64,000 nt of DNA, from assembly GCA_963815095.1 (NCBI GenBank), contig CAWFFH010000004.1:128001-192000 (forward strand), read 5' to 3'. Shown piece by piece: positions 19,267 through 27,986 of the stretch. The notes under the pieces are model-generated. The model had not been told where the DNA came from. It ran no database searches and saw only the letters and a program-made list of their open reading frames with translations. Within the stretch, counting starts at the first letter, position 1, and each line of letters starts with the position of its first letter. The translations under genes were made by a program, and so were the position numbers. The stretch is from Candidatus Bathyarchaeota archaeon (lineage in GTDB: Archaea > Thermoproteota > Bathyarchaeia > Bathyarchaeales > Bathycorpusculaceae).

Positions 19267-19668
19267 ATGGGAGAGCAAAAGTTAAAGGTAACTTTGCTTA
19301 CAGGTCGCACAATTGAGCAAGGAGTCGGCAAAGAGAAAGGTAAAGCCTCAAAAGAGTACTTTGATGCTTGTTCAATGTGCTACATGGACGCAGACGACAT
19401 GAAGAAGCTTGGCGTAAAAACTAACACTAACATTTTAGTATCTACCCCTGACGGCTCGGTCGTTCTTAAAGCCGTAAAATACCCTCGTTCCGCAACTCCT
19501 GGTTTAATTTACATTCCTTATGGACCATGGGCGAATGCTATCTGTAGCAACAAAACCACCAGCATTGGTATGCCATCGTTTAAAGGCACTCCAGCTGAAG
19601 TTGAAGCGGCACCTAACCTGCCAGTTTTAACTATTGAAGAGCTTCTGAAGAAAGAATTTGGAAGGTAA
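19267..19668 (+). CDS. fwdD: Formylmethanofuran dehydrogenase subunit D
   Basis: LLTGRTIEQG, IPYGPWAN, GMPSFKG. Confidence 0.92.
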   Translation: MGEQKLKVTLLTGRTIEQGVGKEKGKASKEYFDACSMCYMDADDMKKLGVKTNTNILVSTPDGSVVLKAVKYPRSATPGLIYIPYGPWANAICSNKTTSIGMPSFKGTPAEVEAAPNLPVLTIEELLKKEFGR

Positions 19669-19673
19669 CAAAA

Positions 19674-21146
19674 ATGACGATAATTAATTCTGTAACGTGT
19701 CCAATTTGCGGTTGCTTATGTGACGATATCGAAGTCACAGTTGAAAATAATGAAGTTGTTAAAGTGAAAAACGGATGCGCTATCTGTGAGTCAAAATTTT
19801 TAGGTTTCTGCGGCGAACACAGAGTCCAAACACCGCTAATGAGAAAAGACGGAAAACTTGTGCCAGTTTCCATGAATGAGGCAGTTCATGCTGCTGCCGA
19901 AGTTTTGGCAAATGCTACTTATCCAATTCTTTATGGTTGGAGCTCAACTAGTTCAGAGGCTCAACGTGTCGGAGTAGAATTAACTGAAGAAGTCGGCGGT
20001 GTAATGGATAACACAGCGGTTGTCTGTCATGGGCCATCTATTTTGGGTGTTCAAGAAGTAGGCATTCCAACCTGCACTTTAGGACAGATTCGTCACCGAG
20101 CAGACTTAATTATTTACTGGGGCTGCGACCCGTGGAGCGCACATCCCAGACACCTTGAAAGATATACCAGCTTCACCGAAGGCCGCTTTGAGAAAAGCGA
20201 ATGGAAAGCATACATGCAAAAACTCAAATCTCAAGCTGGCCAAAAGAAAATGCAGAGCGCTATGCGAATTGAAGTTTCTAACCCTCAGATAAGACCTCAA
20301 ACATGTACTATTCCAGGCATGCCTCAAGCTATGAATAAAGAGGGACGAAAACTAATCGTTGTCGATGTAAGGAAAACCATGTCTGCTGAAATGGCTGATT
20401 ATTTTATTCAAGTAGAACCCAACAAAGACTACGAATTAATGCAGGCTATCCGAGTTTTAGTCACAGATGGAGAACTCGACGTAGACACGGTTGCAGGTGT
20501 TCCTGTAGAATACCTAAAACAAGTCGCTGATGCCTTGGTAAACTGCGAGTTTGGCGTAATTTTCTTCGGCATGGGCTTAACTCAAACCGCAGGCAAATTC
20601 CGCAACATCGAAGTTGCAATCCAACTGGTTCGCGACTTAAATGCAAAAACAAAATTCACAATCATGCCTATGAGGGGCCATTTCAACGTTACAGGTGCAG
20701 ATGTGGTTTCAGCTTGGCAAAGCGGCTACCCATACGGAGTTGACTTCTCATTGGGTTATCCACGCTATAATCCAGGCGAAACAACCTGTACAGACGTACT
20801 TTTCCGTGAAGAAAACGATGCTACATTGGTTATAGCCGCAGATCCGGGTTCAAACTTCCCCAAAAAAGCTGTTCAAAACATGGTTAAACACCCATTAATT
20901 GTGATTGACCCACACATGAATGCAACCTCAATGATAGGTGACATTGTATTTCCAACTGCGTTTGTCGGCATAGAAGTTGAAGGAACCGCATACCGCATGG
21001 ATCATGTGCCGTTGCCGCTGAAAAAGGTAGTTGAACCACCAAAAGGTATATTCTCAGATGAAGAAATACTAACAAAAATCTTAGCAGAGGTTAAAGCTAT
21101 AAAATCTAAAAAGATCAAAAAAGCCGTTAAGAAAACGGAGGCTTAA
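19674..21146 (+). CDS. fwdB: Formylmethanofuran dehydrogenase subunit B (Cys form)
   Basis: CPICGCLCDD, VCHGPS, AHPRH, MRGHFNV, GTAYRMD. Confidence 0.95.
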   Translation: MTIINSVTCPICGCLCDDIEVTVENNEVVKVKNGCAICESKFLGFCGEHRVQTPLMRKDGKLVPVSMNEAVHAAAEVLANATYPILYGWSSTSSEAQRVGVELTEEVGGVMDNTAVVCHGPSILGVQEVGIPTCTLGQIRHRADLIIYWGCDPWSAHPRHLERYTSFTEGRFEKSEWKAYMQKLKSQAGQKKMQSAMRIEVSNPQIRPQTCTIPGMPQAMNKEGRKLIVVDVRKTMSAEMADYFIQVEPNKDYELMQAIRVLVTDGELDVDTVAGVPVEYLKQVADALVNCEFGVIFFGMGLTQTAGKFRNIEVAIQLVRDLNAKTKFTIMPMRGHFNVTGADVVSAWQSGYPYGVDFSLGYPRYNPGETTCTDVLFREENDATLVIAADPGSNFPKKAVQNMVKHPLIVIDPHMNATSMIGDIVFPTAFVGIEVEGTAYRMDHVPLPLKKVVEPPKGIFSDEEILTKILAEVKAIKSKKIKKAVKKTEA

Positions 21147-21148
21147 AA

Positions 21149-22840
21149 ATGACTGAAATGATAATAAAAAACGGTTTCGTCTTTGACCCGATAAATGGGA
21201 TTAACGGCGAAAAAATGGATATAGCCATTAAAAACGGAAAAATCGTTGAAAAGGTTAGTCGCAAAGCTCAAGTGATCGATGCATCTGGCTTAACAGTTAT
21301 GCCTGGCGGCGTTGACATTCATACTCATATTGCAGGTGGGGAAGTAAACACTGGAAGAATGGTCCGACCTGAAGACCACATTAAAGACGTCGTAAGTAAA
21401 ACTGCTATGACACGTTCGGGAACAGGTTACTCGATACCATCTACATTCGTTACTGGATACCGATATTCAAAGATGGGTTACACCACTGTGATGAACCCTT
21501 CTATGGCGCCTCTTGAGGCAAAACACACTCATGAAGAATTAAATGACATACCTCTCTTAGACAAAGCTACCTATCCGTTATTGGGTGACTGGTGGTTTGT
21601 ACTAGAAAACCTCGCCAAAGGCAACATTGAAGAATGTGCAAGACACGTCGCATGGATGATGGATATAACCAAAGGTTACGCAATAAAAATCGTTAACCCT
21701 GGCGGCTTAGAATCTTGGGGGTTCGGACATAACGTTCACAGCATCGATGACCAAGTGCCCAACTTCTGCATTACCCCACGAGAAATCATTGTTGGTCTTG
21801 CAAAAGTTAATTCGATGCTTAACCTGCCCCATTCAATTCACCTTCACACAAACAACCTGGGATTGCCTGGAAATTACACTACAACCTTGGACTCAATGAA
21901 AGCGCTGGAAAGCGTGCCTTACAATGGCAAACCAGTCGGGCACATTACTCACTTGCAATTCGCCAGTTTCGGTGGCGATGGCTGGGGCAACATGAAGTCA
22001 GCTGCCGAAGAAATCTCGAGTTATATCAATGCTCACAATCACATGACATTCGACATGGGTCAAGTCATATTCACTGACACCACTACCATGACTGCAGATG
22101 GTCCATTTGAGTTTACTCTATACCAGCTCAGTGGACACAAATGGGTCAACAGCGACGTTGAAACCGAAACAAGTGGCGGAATCATACCCTTCCACTACAA
22201 AAAGAACAATGCCGTCAACGCAAAACAATGGTCAATCGGTTTAGAATTAGCCTTACTAATCAAAGACCCGTGGAAAATGTTCCTCTCAACTGATCACCCT
22301 AACGGTGGACCTTTCTTCGCTTACCCAAGAGTTCTTGCCTGGTTATACAGCAAGAACGCACGTGCAGCAACCCTAAATCATTGCCACAAGAAAGCTCAAA
22401 GAGCAAGTCTGTTGCCATCAATCGACCGCGAACTAACACTCTACGAATTAGCTATTATGACCCGAGCTGGACAAGCCAAAGCTTTGGGGCTCAAAAATAA
22501 AGGTCACCTTGGTGTTGGCGCTGATGCTGATGTTGCAATTTATGCTATTAACCCTGAAACAACCGACATAGCCCGTAAATACAAGACTGTGCGCAGAGCC
22601 TTCAAACATACAGCTTATACGATTAAAGACGGACAAATCGTAGTTAAAGATGGCGAAGTAGTGGGGCAAGCTGACGGAAGAACCATGTGGCTTAATATCC
22701 AAACAAAAGAGCCTTGCAAAATTGACGACGAAATGAAGAACAAATTCAAGCAATACTGGTCTGTTGATTACGATAACTATCCGGTGTCTGATCACTACGT
22801 GAAAGTTAAAGATCCAATAACTGTAAAGGCGAGCGTTTAA
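21149..22840 (+). CDS. fwdA: Formylmethanofuran dehydrogenase subunit A
   Basis: GGVDIHTHIAG, KIVNPGG, TDHPNGGPF. Confidence 0.95.
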   Translation: MTEMIIKNGFVFDPINGINGEKMDIAIKNGKIVEKVSRKAQVIDASGLTVMPGGVDIHTHIAGGEVNTGRMVRPEDHIKDVVSKTAMTRSGTGYSIPSTFVTGYRYSKMGYTTVMNPSMAPLEAKHTHEELNDIPLLDKATYPLLGDWWFVLENLAKGNIEECARHVAWMMDITKGYAIKIVNPGGLESWGFGHNVHSIDDQVPNFCITPREIIVGLAKVNSMLNLPHSIHLHTNNLGLPGNYTTTLDSMKALESVPYNGKPVGHITHLQFASFGGDGWGNMKSAAEEISSYINAHNHMTFDMGQVIFTDTTTMTADGPFEFTLYQLSGHKWVNSDVETETSGGIIPFHYKKNNAVNAKQWSIGLELALLIKDPWKMFLSTDHPNGGPFFAYPRVLAWLYSKNARAATLNHCHKKAQRASLLPSIDRELTLYELAIMTRAGQAKALGLKNKGHLGVGADADVAIYAINPETTDIARKYKTVRRAFKHTAYTIKDGQIVVKDGEVVGQADGRTMWLNIQTKEPCKIDDEMKNKFKQYWSVDYDNYPVSDHYVKVKDPITVKASV

Positions 22841-22841
22841 A

Positions 22842-23657
22842 ATGATAGTCTTAACGCCACTCAAAAAATTCACTTTTCCTGTCACAGCTGAATGCATAAA
22901 CCCAGACATATTCCAAGGTAAGACCACGGCTGAGATAGCAAACCTAACCATTTTTGAAGGTAACAAACAGAAAAAACTGAGTGACCTCTTCAAAATAGAA
23001 GAAGACAACGCTGCAACCCCGAACATAACCATAAACGGCGATGTAAACGAAGTCCGCAAAATAGCCGCAAGTATGAAAACCGGCGAAATCGTCATCAACG
23101 GCAACGTTGGAATGCATCTAGGCGAGAAAATGGCAGGCGGCAAAATCACAGTGAACGGGGACGTATGCCAATGGGCAGGCGCCTCAATGAAAAAAGGCTT
23201 AATCGAAATCCATGGTAACGCAGGTGACTACTTAGCCTCTCCTTATCGCGGAAGCACCGAAGGGATGAAAGGTGGCAAGATAGTTGTAGATGGAGATGTT
23301 GGAAATGATTCAGGCGCTTACCTACACGGTGGATTAATCAAAATAAAAGGTAACAACGTCGGCCAATTCTTGGGATACCACATGAGTGACGGAACAATTC
23401 ATGTTGAAAAGGGTGCTCGCTCAAGAATAGGTGCTAACATGACTGGCGGAAAAATAATTGTTTCAGGTGTTGTGGAAGAAATATTGCCCAGCTTTACCAT
23501 CGACAGCGTAAAGCCCAAAGTCAAAGTTGACGATACTGAATCAGCGGCTGGACCATTCTACCTATTCCTCGGTGACTTAGCAGAGCATGGAACAGGCAAA
23601 ATCTTTGTATATAAAGCCAACAATCCACAATTGAAATTTTATGAAAAATACCTCTAA
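22842..23657 (+). CDS. fwdC: Formylmethanofuran dehydrogenase subunit C
   Basis: G..M.GG.I.V.G beta-helix repeats; follows fwdA. Confidence 0.95.
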   Translation: MIVLTPLKKFTFPVTAECINPDIFQGKTTAEIANLTIFEGNKQKKLSDLFKIEEDNAATPNITINGDVNEVRKIAASMKTGEIVINGNVGMHLGEKMAGGKITVNGDVCQWAGASMKKGLIEIHGNAGDYLASPYRGSTEGMKGGKIVVDGDVGNDSGAYLHGGLIKIKGNNVGQFLGYHMSDGTIHVEKGARSRIGANMTGGKIIVSGVVEEILPSFTIDSVKPKVKVDDTESAAGPFYLFLGDLAEHGTGKIFVYKANNPQLKFYEKYL

Positions 23658-23670
23658 TTTTTCTTTTTAT

Positions 23671-23913
23671 TTATTTTTGAAAGCTCTTCAAAACTTTTCT
23701 TTTATCCAAATAGCCTATGAGAATCACTATTAGGACTGCAAGCACGATTATCATTCCTATGGTTGAGATTATCGCGAGGTATATATCGATGTATATTTTT
23801 AGAACTATGTACCTGTAAAAATTGCTTGTTGCACCAAAAATAAAGAATGCTTCTAAAGCTAAAAGTCCTGTTACAGCTAAGCGGTCCTTAGTTTTTTGAT
23901 TTAATGGTGCTAT
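23671..23913 (-). CDS. Small two-TM membrane protein (80 aa), apparent ATA start
   Basis: Open frame IAPLNQKTKDRLAVTGLLAL...IGYLDKRK...QK*; AGGAG 9 nt upstream; bounded by an in-frame stop at 23926-23928. Confidence 0.5.
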   Translation of the reverse strand: MAPLNQKTKDRLAVTGLLALEAFFIFGATSNFYRYIVLKIYIDIYLAIISTIGMIIVLAVLIVILIGYLDKRKVLKSFQK

Positions 23914-24142
23914 TTTTCTTTGCTCCTATGAGAACTGATCTTTCAAGTCGAATTTAGTCGTTGAATCCAGCGACAGGGATATATGCGAAGTTGGAGTTTT
24001 AAATTTTGTCTTATGTAGACGTGCTTGAAATGCATTGTGGACAATGTGCGAAAATTATTTTTGATTTTGACGGCTTTTAGGTAGCCGAATGCCTTATCAA
24101 CGGCGCTGGGTTCAAAACACAACAACACAAGAGGACAACATT

Positions 24143-24922
24143 ATGCGTCAAGTTGACATTGTAAAAATTGATTTGTCCACTGGAAAAGCCCTTAAAATAA
24201 TTGATTTCGTAGCAGAAGAAGTTCCGCTTCAATTATTTGTGAATACAACCTTTTGGGCAACCATCCTGTGTTCTCCCACCAACCTAAAAGAACTCGCAGT
24301 CGGGCACCTGCTTTCTGAAGGCATCCTCAAATCTATTGGCGAAATTGAGGAGGTTACCCTGAAAGAAAACACTTGTATCGTTAAACTCAAGCCGAACATA
24401 AAAGTTGAGGATAGGGTTCAGATTTCAAGGCTTCACGCACGTGTTATTGCGTCGGCTTGCGGAAGTGGCTCACCCTATCAATACAAAGGGGCAGTTCCCA
24501 AAGTTACATCAAATCTAACTATTCAAGCTCAAGTGATTTTTGATAGCGTTAACCAGCTTAACTTTAAAGCCGAAGGATTTAGGCAAACAGGGGGCTTACA
24601 TGTCGCCGCGATTTACAAGAGCGATGGTTCGCTGGTTTCGTTAGCTGAAGATGTAGGCAGACACAATGCTGTCGACAAAGTAATCGGAATGGCGGCGTTA
24701 GATAAAGTGGATTTTGGCGGGTGTTTTGTGGCTTTGAGTGGGCGTATTTCTGGTGATGTGTCCTTCAAGGCGGCGAAAGTCGGGTTGCCAATCGTGGCTT
24801 CTTTGGCTGCTGCACTTTCTTCAGGAATTGCTACAGCTGAAGAATCAAACGTAACTTTAGCCGGATTTGTTCGTGGAAAACGGTTAAACGTTTACACTGT
24901 TCCAGAGCGAATAATCATTTAG
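24143..24922 (+). CDS. fdhD: Formate dehydrogenase accessory sulfurtransferase
   Basis: E.PL, SACG, TGGLH.AA, EDVGRHNAVDK, SGR, GFVRG. Confidence 0.93.
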   Translation: MRQVDIVKIDLSTGKALKIIDFVAEEVPLQLFVNTTFWATILCSPTNLKELAVGHLLSEGILKSIGEIEEVTLKENTCIVKLKPNIKVEDRVQISRLHARVIASACGSGSPYQYKGAVPKVTSNLTIQAQVIFDSVNQLNFKAEGFRQTGGLHVAAIYKSDGSLVSLAEDVGRHNAVDKVIGMAALDKVDFGGCFVALSGRISGDVSFKAAKVGLPIVASLAAALSSGIATAEESNVTLAGFVRGKRLNVYTVPERIII

Positions 24923-25964
24923 ACGCCAGTTTCTCAATTTGCGATTCGCACCATAACTTATCTGCTCTCGCTCTTTCAGCCAATAAATAACAGCGATTTT
25001 CTCCGTAGATTTTAGTTTCAAAGCCATAGTTCTGGGCTGCTTTCAACAGAGCCTCTTTGATATCCTTAATTAATTCATCTCTACCCTGCTCAAAAAGGCT
25101 CAATAGACTTTTTGCCTCAAACTCTCTGCTTACGGCAGCCCAAAAGAACAATTTTTCTTTTTCCAATATAACCGCACAAGCTGAGAAAGTTTTTGATGCT
25201 TCCAAAAAATCAGATATATCTCTTTTCGAAATGCCCGCAAAAAGGCGTTGAATTTCTTCAATAGGCAGAGCCCCTAAATTTAGACGTATGTTTTCGACGA
25301 ATGGACCTTGCCTTTGACGTGGAATCAGCCTGCTTAAATCTTCTGGACAGTTAATGTTTACAAAACTGCGGAATTCAGGGTCTAACACCTTGATTTTGCC
25401 TAGTGGTGAGACAAATAGGGTTTGCATCGAGCCTCTTATGATGTCGTCAGGGTGCGAGCGCCCCAGTTGGGAGAGAACAGTTGCGATTTCCAAAGTTTTC
25501 TTTCTTTCTAAAACCATCAGAAGTGTTTCAAGTCTTCCATTGGGCCACATTGGAACCGCAGCTAGAGAACCGTTGATTTCGTCAAATAGGTATTGGGCTA
25601 CTTTTTTGTCAAGCATTGGGACGTCGCATGGAACGGTTATGCAATAATCAGCATTGGCAAATTTTAATCCAGTTAAAATCGCGATTAGGGGTCCGCTAAG
25701 GTTATTTACTTTTAGGTCGGTAACTATCTTTGGGTTTTGAATATTAAATTTTTGTAGAACTGAAGTGTACTGGGTTATTCTTGATTGGTTTTCATTGACA
25801 ACAATAACAATTTCGTCAACTGTATCATGCACGCTCTGGATCGCGTGAACCAGAAGAGGCTTCCCATCAAGCTCGGCAAGAGCCTTATCCTGCCACTTGT
25901 CTTGAGTGGTTTGGAATCTTTTGGCTTTTCCTCCCGCAAGGATGATTGCCGCACGCTTGGTCAT
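24915..25964 (-). CDS. mobA: Molybdenum cofactor guanylyltransferase with C-terminal extension
   Basis: ILAGG...RF....DKAL, GPL, PCDVP, NIN.PEDL. Confidence 0.85.
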   Translation of the reverse strand: MTKRAAIILAGGKAKRFQTTQDKWQDKALAELDGKPLLVHAIQSVHDTVDEIVIVVNENQSRITQYTSVLQKFNIQNPKIVTDLKVNNLSGPLIAILTGLKFANADYCITVPCDVPMLDKKVAQYLFDEINGSLAAVPMWPNGRLETLLMVLERKKTLEIATVLSQLGRSHPDDIIRGSMQTLFVSPLGKIKVLDPEFRSFVNINCPEDLSRLIPRQRQGPFVENIRLNLGALPIEEIQRLFAGISKRDISDFLEASKTFSACAVILEKEKLFFWAAVSREFEAKSLLSLFEQGRDELIKDIKEALLKAAQNYGFETKIYGENRCYLLAERARADKLWCESQIEKLASK

Positions 25965-26020
25965 TTAATTATCTTGATAGTAGAAATCGGGGCGGTTTAT
26001 CTAATTTTCTTGATAATTAT

Positions 26021-26563
26021 TTATTTTTTGCTTGCTTTTAGGTGGTTTTTGACTATTTCCAAAAGCTTGGGTCCTTGGTCCGGCAAGTTAATGTAAGGTA
26101 TATCTGTTGTCGGCTGATTGGTTTTAGCGACTAAACCAGAAATTGCAAGAACAGGCGGGATTGTATTATTTAGTGTTTTTTGGAGGTCTTCAGAGGTTTT
26201 TGCGGTTATAATCTTTAGGATTTCTGGTCTTTTTGAGATTTCGCCTTTGAATCCTTCAATAAAAATAATGTCCAGTTTTTCGCTCTCTAATAATTTTATT
26301 ACTTTATCTAAGTCATTTAGAGAAGCTTTCGTTTTTTCTATTATTGCTATTTCTTCAGGTGAAATAGCGACGGTTATTTTTGATCCAGCTTTGCTGAATC
26401 TCCATGTGTTGGTGCCTTCTTTATCAATGGTAAAGCCTTCTCGGTGAATATGTTTTATTGCGCCAACGCGGTATCCTTCGATGCTGAGTTTTGAAATTAA
26501 GTATTCAAGTGTGGTAGTTTTCCCTGAACCACTTATTCCCACAGCAGCAATTACAGTAACCAT
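26021..26563 (-). CDS. mobB: Molybdopterin-guanine dinucleotide biosynthesis protein B
   Basis: GISGSGKTT, AIKH, IEGFK. Confidence 0.9.
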   Translation of the reverse strand: MVTVIAAVGISGSGKTTTLEYLISKLSIEGYRVGAIKHIHREGFTIDKEGTNTWRFSKAGSKITVAISPEEIAIIEKTKASLNDLDKVIKLLESEKLDIIFIEGFKGEISKRPEILKIITAKTSEDLQKTLNNTIPPVLAISGLVAKTNQPTTDIPYINLPDQGPKLLEIVKNHLKASKK

Positions 26564-27022
26564 TTGAAATGAAGCCTCTTTAGAAGAACAATTTAGTGGG
26601 CTTTAATAAACTCGGCGATTAGCTCTCTGCATAATTTTCTCTAAAGCTCAAAAGGAGGCCAAAGCTGGACTAATTCGGGCAATCAAAATTGAAAAGGGGG
26701 GGGGCTCAACATCGGCTTCTATTTAATTTGTTAGAAGAAGGAGAACGGCTGTTTCTACAGGAAAAGTGTTCTTCTTCTTTCAAAGACTTATAGAACTAAC
26801 ATATATCCAAGATTAATATCGTGAGATAGAAGAAGATGATGTTGGTGATGATGAAACCACAACGATTTTGCACTTGCAAAAGTATCATCTATCAGAACCA
26901 GCCAAATTAAAGCATTAGTCTGAGCCTCTTGGTGCAAGAGACGTTGTTGTTGTTGCTGCAACTGAATTCTGCAAACGATGGGTTGCAATAACAACCAGAT
27001 TTAACCTAAAACTGGCTAAAGC

Positions 27023-27349
27023 CTATTCTGGGGCTTCAAGTTTAACCCAGATTTTTCCCGACTCAACCTTCCATTCAAACTTGGTTAATTTCATTAACGG
27101 TTCCTCTTCGTACTCGCCCGTTTCCAAGTTAAAACGCTTATCATGGCAGGGACAAACAATCACCAAGCCATCAAGAGTTCCGTTTGAGAAAGCGCATCCC
27201 TGATGTGGACAACGGTTGTCTATAGCGAAGATTTTGCCTTCCTGTTTAATGAATAAAATTGGTGTGCCTTCTACTGATACACGTTTCATTTTGCCTTCCT
27301 GCAACTCTCTTTCGTCTAAAACAGCCACAAACCCATCAGTGTTTTCCAA
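27023..27349 (-). CDS. Rieske [2Fe-2S] ferredoxin
   Basis: CPHQG...CPCH..RF.L.TG. Confidence 0.9.
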   Translation of the reverse strand: MENTDGFVAVLDERELQEGKMKRVSVEGTPILFIKQEGKIFAIDNRCPHQGCAFSNGTLDGLVIVCPCHDKRFNLETGEYEEEPLMKLTKFEWKVESGKIWVKLEAPE

Positions 27350-27460
27350 TTATAAAGCCTCCAATAATCGCTGATTTGATTAATTATAGAGAACAGAGAT
27401 TTAGAACTTGCTCTACTTTTTGTGAGTGTTACTTTTTAAGAATTATTTAATTTATTTTCG

Positions 27461-27703
27461 TTACAAGTGCCATGGAAATATATTTGGGTAGTAAATCAGG
27501 ATCACAATAACGATGAGTGCAGCTATCAAGATGCCTGTAACAATTCCCTTTTTTGCGTTAGTCGATAGAGTGATTTTTGATGATTTTTTGGGGCGCGTAT
27601 TTGCCTGAGAGAGGATCGGGTCTTTAGTGGACAACGATTTTCCACAGAATTCACAAAACAACAAATTATCCGCGTTATTTCTTCCGCAATGAGGACAAAA
27701 CAT
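27461..27703 (-). CDS. Zinc-ribbon protein with C-terminal TM helix
   Basis: CPHCG...FCEFCG plus hydrophobic tail. Confidence 0.85.
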   Translation of the reverse strand: MFCPHCGRNNADNLLFCEFCGKSLSTKDPILSQANTRPKKSSKITLSTNAKKGIVTGILIAALIVIVILIYYPNIFPWHL

Positions 27704-27986
27704 GGCAATCTCGATCGTTTAATGAGTAGCGAGGGCAATAAAGTTTCCCTAATCAATTCTTTTCAATTAAGTCAGAAATATTCTTTTTGTGAACAGACTG
27801 TTCTCAGAAACAATAAACTTCAAAGACGCTGTGCCTATTCTAATATTCCAGTTGCCGCTGTTTCCATCTTCGCTTTTACCTGATGACTGCTGGTTTGCTA
27901 TATGCAACAACCAGAAAAAATGCACTCGTAATATTTTTGATGATTTATACTTTATATAGTCTTTTAGCGTACTTTGCGTTACGGTA

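Noticed and set aside
19674-21146. Selenocysteine-type FwuB
   Set aside because: The ligand codon is TGT (VCHGP) and there is no in-frame TGA.
26600-27000. 68-aa poly-Q/poly-His ORF (26788-26994, minus) and G9 tract
   Set aside because: No SD; appears to be the antisense of GAT/GTT-rich decayed sequence; no intact gene linked to the G tract.
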